NCBI GenBank assembly: GCA_905339405.1
Contig: CAJPGC010000011.1
Coordinates: 7,588 to 71,587, forward strand
Reading direction: 5' to 3'
Length of the DNA: 64,000 nt
DNA from: an uncultured bacterium
GTDB taxonomy: Bacteria > Desulfobacterota > GWC2-55-46
Position 1 is the stretch's first letter. The number at the start of each line of letters is the position of its first letter. The notes beneath the pieces were generated by a model. It saw only the letters and a program-made list of their open reading frames with translations, was not told the DNA's origin and ran no database searches. This document shows positions 59,463-64,000 of the stretch, one piece after another. A program made the position numbers and the translations under genes.

Positions 59463-60484
59463 CCGGCTGAATCCGCCAAAGTTTTTACCAGTTCAAGTTT
59501 ATGCGCTTCGTTCACCAAACGAGACTCATGTTTTTGTAAAAGCTCTCGTACATATTTTGCTTTAATCATTTTTCCAAACGGGATTCGCATAGTCACGTTA
59601 GGGGCATTTTCCATTGGGATTAAAGCTTGCCCACTTACAATTCCAACTAATTTTCCATCTTCCACAACTGGTCCTCCGCTATTACCTGGAAAAACGCTCA
59701 TATCAGACCAAAAAAACGGCAGTTCATCGTGCATCATTGACACTTTACCAAAAGAAAAAACCGGCAATGAAAAAATCAAAGAAGACCACTGCACAGCTGC
59801 ATCTGTTTTAGATAATGCACCGATCACTGAAGTGGTTTCAGGAAATCCAACTGTGAACACATCACTTCCCTCTTTAGATGGACTATCAAGAATAAACTCT
59901 GATGGAATTGGCTCATGCCCTACTCTCAAAAGTTCATCCGCAAAACCCTGGATGTGACTTTTCTGATCCAATGAAATAATGGCTAAATCTAATTCAGGCG
60001 TAGAGAACGTATATGGAAGAGTTCCTGATGCGCCGGCGCCAAGATTCATTAAGAATTCAGGAGTGGCATTGGATTTCCTCTTTACTTCATCGAAAGAGGG
60101 CACACGGAAAATTATATCAAAAATGCGATTATCAGCACGCTCGCTTGCCGATTGAATTAATTTAGGTCTTAAATGCTCTGAAAAAGACAAAGCACTTTTC
60201 TTTTCTGCTGCAATTTCACGAGAAGCTGATATTTTATCCCAAACAACGTGCCTAGCTGTAAGTAAATACCTTTTTTGTGCGTGAATAAAAAAAAGAGCAG
60301 TACCACGAAAGCGTATATCTCTGCCTTTTGTTGTTGCAATGCCTTCGGCAAATTCGTCGTGAGTTATTTCTGCTTTTTTTAATTTTTCATTTAACTCTTG
60401 AATGCGTTTGATTCGATCGGAAAAATGCTCACGATCAGTCGCACATTCGAGATGAATCACCGCCTTTTTCCATTTTTCCAACAT
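59459..60484 (-). CDS. Low-GC trypsin-like (S1) serine protease, no signal peptide
   Basis: LLTARH (His), DLAII (Asp), GNSGGP (Ser); spot counts of three 60-nt lines gave 30-45% GC. Confidence 0.82.
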   Translation of the reverse strand: MLEKWKKAVIHLECATDREHFSDRIKRIQELNEKLKKAEITHDEFAEGIATTKGRDIRFRGTALFFIHAQKRYLLTARHVVWDKISASREIAAEKKSALSFSEHLRPKLIQSASERADNRIFDIIFRVPSFDEVKRKSNATPEFLMNLGAGASGTLPYTFSTPELDLAIISLDQKSHIQGFADELLRVGHEPIPSEFILDSPSKEGSDVFTVGFPETTSVIGALSKTDAAVQWSSLIFSLPVFSFGKVSMMHDELPFFWSDMSVFPGNSGGPVVEDGKLVGIVSGQALIPMENAPNVTMRIPFGKMIKAKYVRELLQKHESRLVNEAHKLELVKTLADSAG

Positions 60485-60552
60485 GAATTTCGCTCCCTTT
60501 CTTCATGATAAACACAACACAACCGCTACACCATATAGGTGAATTAACACCC

Positions 60553-61290
60553 TCACCACCCCAGCTTCAATCTCTCCGCGAGCCTCTCCGGGAGGCCTGC
60601 CGCGAGTATCTTTTCTGAAGTCGTATGGATGTCGTACTCGACCCTGTGGAAGGTTATCTGTTTTTTCTTGGTATCGAAGACGAGAAAGGACGCCCTGGGG
60701 TCCCTGTCCCTGGGCTGGCCTATGGAGCCGGGGTTTATGAGGTATTTGACGCCCTTTTCAAGCTTGAAGGGGTTGCCGTTCACGACCGACATCTCTTCGC
60801 CGTTCAAAGCGTAAGCAGCAGGCACGTGCGTGTGGCCGAAAAAACAGAGGCCGAGCGTTGACTTCAGCTCGCTCATGAGGCCGAAGTTCCGCTCGGCGTC
60901 CCTGTGCCCCATGATGTACCTGTCGGTGTCGTTTACCCAGCCGTGTACTGCCAGAAACTTGCTGTTGACGAGGATGTTCCTCGGGAGGCCCTTTAAAAAC
61001 TCCCGGTTCTCCCCGCTTATAGCGTCCCTTGTCCAGTAAACGGCCGCAGCCGCGTGGAAATTGAAGTCGGAAGGCTCCTCGAACCCGGCGACCCTTGAAT
61101 CGTGGTTGCCGAGCAGGCACTGTACCCCCCGCTCGCGTAGCAACCCTATGCACTCGTTCGGGTTGGCGTTGTACCCTACTATGTCGCCGAGGCAGACTGT
61201 CTTGTCTATGTCCAGGTTTTCAGCGGCCTCGAGAAAGGAAGTCAGTGCTTCGAGGTTCGAATGGATGTCGGAGATTACGGCATAGCGCAT
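60553..61290 (-). CDS. Calcineurin-like metallophosphoesterase
   Basis: ISDIHSN, LGDIVGY, LGNHD, FGHTH, NPGSIGQPRD. Confidence 0.9.
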   Translation of the reverse strand: MRYAVISDIHSNLEALTSFLEAAENLDIDKTVCLGDIVGYNANPNECIGLLRERGVQCLLGNHDSRVAGFEEPSDFNFHAAAAVYWTRDAISGENREFLKGLPRNILVNSKFLAVHGWVNDTDRYIMGHRDAERNFGLMSELKSTLGLCFFGHTHVPAAYALNGEEMSVVNGNPFKLEKGVKYLINPGSIGQPRDRDPRASFLVFDTKKKQITFHRVEYDIHTTSEKILAAGLPERLAERLKLGW

Positions 61291-61330
61291 CAGTAAGTGA
61301 CCGTCCGGAGGAAGTGTGGTGCCGAAGCTC

Positions 61331-61672
61331 TCAGTGTATCGTGCCTTTTATGTCCTCCCCCTCGAAAGCCACCTTTCCTGTCTGAAAAGGGTCGCTGGTG
61401 AACCTGTCGCGGCAGCTCTTGCAGAGGATATAGATAAGCTCCTTGGAGACGTCCTCCTCAAGGGCCTTGGGGTCCATGTTCTCCATAGCGTCGAGGAGGT
61501 CGTTTATCCCCTCCTCCACCTCTCCCTGATAGTCCTCGAGGTAGCCGTCGAAATCCGCGAAACTCCTTATTTCCACTATATATTTTAAGTGGCCCTTGGG
61601 AAGTTCCCGGCCACAGCAGTGGCACCTGAGTTTCTGCATTATGAGAGATCCTTTCTTTATTGCTGTCGTCAT
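61331..61672 (-). CDS. Small acidic hypothetical protein with two CxxC pairs (putative Zn-binding)
   Basis: CHCC near the N-terminus and CKSC near the C-terminus; start may be M11. Confidence 0.7.
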   Translation of the reverse strand: MTTAIKKGSLIMQKLRCHCCGRELPKGHLKYIVEIRSFADFDGYLEDYQGEVEEGINDLLDAMENMDPKALEEDVSKELIYILCKSCRDRFTSDPFQTGKVAFEGEDIKGTIH

Positions 61673-61768
61673 TTTTCCAGGGAAAACAAAGGGTTAAGGG
61701 AACATGAAACAGCTGAATACGCTATTCGGGCAGCCGGTTTGAGTAAATCTTAACCCTAAAGATGGCGC

Positions 61769-61798
61769 TTGTCAAACCAATCGTAAACGTGATAAATT
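61769..61798 (+). promoter_or_regulatory. Leaderless sigma70 promoter of ccsA
   Basis: TTGTCA-18-(TGA)TAAATT, 6 nt before ATG 61805. Confidence 0.55.
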
Positions 61799-61804
61799 TC
61801 CAAA

Positions 61805-62686
61805 ATGCCCCTGGATTCAATCCTTTCGAGGGATTCCTTTCTGCTGATGGCCGAACTGAGGCTTTTCTGGCTCGTCGCCGCCTTTTATGCCTTTTCATTG
61901 ATTTTACACCTGTTTCATGTCTTTTCAAGGGGAGAGTCCGCCGGGAAGACGGCCAACACGCTCCTGTGGGTCGGCGCGGTCATTCATGTGGGGCTCATAA
62001 CACTCCGCACTTTTGAGACCGGCAGGGCTCCTTTCCAGACCCTTTACGAGTCCCTCTCCTTTTTCGCCTGCTCGGCCGTCCTCACCTATCTTTTCGTGTC
62101 GAGACGCTGGAAAGGGATTTACCTGCCGGGCACCCTTGTGGCCGCCCTCGCCTTCGGTGCATGCATGTACGCCCTCCTGTCGAGGTCCCCGGCCATAGAG
62201 CCGCTCTCACCGCCTTTGCAGAGCTGGTGGTTCGAGTGGCACGTCGTACTTGCCTTTTTCTCATACGCCGTCTTCATAGTGAGCGCGGCCGTCGAGATAA
62301 GCTATCTCGCGGTAAAGCCTTTGCTCAAATCGGGCGACGGGCAGTACGGCTTCCGCGCTGATATGCTCGAGGACTTTCACGGGACGGCGCTCCGCCTGGT
62401 GCTCTTCGGCTTTCCCCTCCTCACCTTCGCCATATTCTCTGGGGCCGCGTGGGCCAACGTAGCCTGGGGCAGGTACTGGAGCTGGGACCCGAAGGAGACC
62501 TGGTCGCTCATAACATGGACGGTCTTCACCCTCTACCTACATTCGAAAGCCATCCCGTCGATGAGGGGCACGCCCGCCTCCGTCTTCAACATACTCGGCT
62601 TCATCTGCATGCTCATGACCTTTCTCGGGGTAAACTGGCTCGCCAAGCTCCTCGGCATACCGAGCATGCACGTCTACGCGGTCTGA
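61805..62686 (+). CDS. ccsA: Cytochrome c biogenesis protein CcsA/ResC (system II)
   Basis: PFQTLYESL, LQSWWFEWHV, WWD motif WANVAWGRYWSWDPKETWSLITW..YLH. Confidence 0.92.
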   Translation: MPLDSILSRDSFLLMAELRLFWLVAAFYAFSLILHLFHVFSRGESAGKTANTLLWVGAVIHVGLITLRTFETGRAPFQTLYESLSFFACSAVLTYLFVSRRWKGIYLPGTLVAALAFGACMYALLSRSPAIEPLSPPLQSWWFEWHVVLAFFSYAVFIVSAAVEISYLAVKPLLKSGDGQYGFRADMLEDFHGTALRLVLFGFPLLTFAIFSGAAWANVAWGRYWSWDPKETWSLITWTVFTLYLHSKAIPSMRGTPASVFNILGFICMLMTFLGVNWLAKLLGIPSMHVYAV

Positions 62687-62687
62687 C

Positions 62688-64000
62688 ATGGGCCTTGAAT
62701 CGGTAAAAAAATACGCCTGTTCAGCCTGGAATTCTGAAGGCAGAAAAGAGCTCCCCAAATGGGCCTACAGGAAGCTCTCATCCATAAGGACGTCCATCTA
62801 CGTCCTTTGCCTCATGGCGCTCTCTTTCATGGTCGGCACCGTCTTTCCACAGGGCGAAAGCTACGAAGAGTACGAGAAGGCAGGCGGCAAGTTCCTCTTT
62901 TTCGTCTCTGCCTTCGACCTGCTGGAGTTCTTCTCCTCACCGCTTTTTCTCCTCCTCGCTGTAGTATTCAGCCTCAACCTCGCGATATGCGTCCTTGAGC
63001 GGTATAAGGCGCTTTTCGTCAGAAGGACGTTCCCTAAATTATTCAAGCCCACGAAGAGCTTCCTCCTGACGCACGACCGGGGCCACTCCCACGAAGACGT
63101 CAGGGCCGCGTTGAAGAGCATGAAATTCAGGGTGGCCGACAAGGACGGCGACTGGGTCGTCATGGAAAAAGGGCTGCCCTATAAATGGCTTACCTGGGCC
63201 TATCACGCGGGCATCGTTGTATGCCTCTTCGGCGTGCTTTTGACGTTCCTGTTCGCCTTTGAGGAGATGATGACACTGAAGCCCGGCGAGCCTCAGACCA
63301 TCGCGCCGGAGTCCACCGGCCTCGTCCAGTCCATCTGGCAGGACAAGGCCGCCCCGAGCGATTTTCACCTCGTTCTCGACAAGTTCACTACCGAATATAC
63401 CGAAGCCCCCGAGCTCGTCTACCCGGATGACAAAAAGGCCAGGGCCGCAATAGGCCTCGGCTGGCAGGGGCTTTCCCACGAACTCAAGGACGACTCGCTC
63501 TTTGCCAAAGACTGGTGGGCATCTCTGAGGGCGGTTGCCGGGGGCGCGACCATCGCGGAAAAGAAGATCGAGATAAACGACCCGCTAGAGCTTGAAGGCT
63601 ACACCATATACCTTCTCGGCTTTGAGCAGGAATTGAAGCTCATGGTCGACGGCAACCCGCTCCTCATTGACGCGAAGGCAGACAGCGAAGTCATGCTGCC
63701 GAACGCCGCAACCATCTCCTTCGGTACACTCCGCTCTGGCACGGCAACCAGGGTCGACGGTAAAGAAGAGGAGTTCACCCCTTACGTCACAGTGAGGAAA
63801 ACAGACTCAACGGGCGACCCGGCAATCCTACGGCTGGGCGATAGCGTAATCGTCGACAACGTCACCGTGACCCTCGCGGGCTTCACGGAATCGGCCATAC
63901 TCAGCTACAGGTACGACCCCGGGGTCGGCGTGCTTTGGGCGGGCGGCCTGGTCGTCCTCCTCGCCGTTGCCCTTCGCTTTTACGGAGCTTATTACCTTAT
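62688..64000 (+). CDS. resB: Cytochrome c biogenesis protein ResB/CcsB (runs off the right edge)
   Basis: Manual translation: LSSIRTSIYVL..GTVFPQ, FFSSPLF..LNLAIC, YHAG, IEINDPL, YRYDPG..W.G..LRFY; absent from the ORF track because the frame is open at the end; middle only spot-checked. Confidence 0.82.
   Translation, partial: MGLESVKKYACSAWNSEGRKELPKWAYRKLSSIRTSIYVLCLMALSFMVGTVFPQGESYEEYEKAGGKFLFFVSAFDLLEFFSSPLFLLLAVVFSLNLAICVLERYKALFVRRTFPKLFKPTKSFLLTHDRGHSHEDVRAALKSMKFRVADKDGDWVVMEKGLPYKWLTWAYHAGIVVCLFGVLLTFLFAFEEMMTLKPGEPQTIAPESTGLVQSIWQDKAAPSDFHLVLDKFTTEYTEAPELVYPDDKKARAAIGLGWQGLSHELKDDSLFAKDWWASLRAVAGGATIAEKKIEINDPLELEGYTIYLLGFEQELKLMVDGNPLLIDAKADSEVMLPNAATISFGTLRSGTATRVDGKEEEFTPYVTVRKTDSTGDPAILRLGDSVIVDNVTVTLAGFTESAILSYRYDPGVGVLWAGGLVVLLAVALRFYGAYYL

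Overview
Chromosomal window from a high-GC (about 58-60% by eye) diderm bacterium. The gene content (pyrR operon, spoVG, system II cytochrome c biogenesis, PEP-CTERM-like protein, sigma54 promoter) suggests a Desulfobacterota/'Deltaproteobacteria'-like lineage; this is inference only. Left to right: (1) 1-9.3 kb, 5' part of a Wzx/Wzy-type surface polysaccharide locus on the minus strand (priming glycosyltransferase, beta-helix protein with a PEP-CTERM-like tail, SLBB/OPX exporter, Wzz/GumC, FkbM methyltransferase, flippase), with a 170-nt structured intergenic element; (2) PAP2 phosphatase and a TraF/PorV-like beta-barrel; (3) MoxR-DUF58-transglutaminase operon; (4) a four-gene signalling cluster whose hybrid kinase has a degenerate receiver; (5) housekeeping blocks: polA, yraN-rnhB, ffh-rpsP-khpA-rimM-trmD-rplS, dciA, DUF1015, pyrR-pyrB-pyrC-carA-carB-kup-recG with a PyrR attenuator, ugd, a radical SAM gene, sigma54-driven spoVG, purMN, rpmB, ridA, rel, PBP1A, moaA; (6) a 2.2-kb accessory islet after moaA: an MntA-HepT toxin-antitoxin pair bracketed by a synonymously diverged second copy of the moaA 3' end, a dense cluster of REP-like palindromes and a low-GC trypsin-like protease; (7) ccsA-resB. 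At least eight genes have a sigma70 -10 box 6-9 nt from the start codon and no Shine-Dalgarno, which suggests frequent leaderless transcription. I saw no tRNA, rRNA, CRISPR array, integrase or transposase. All family assignments come from motif recognition by eye; no database searches were run.
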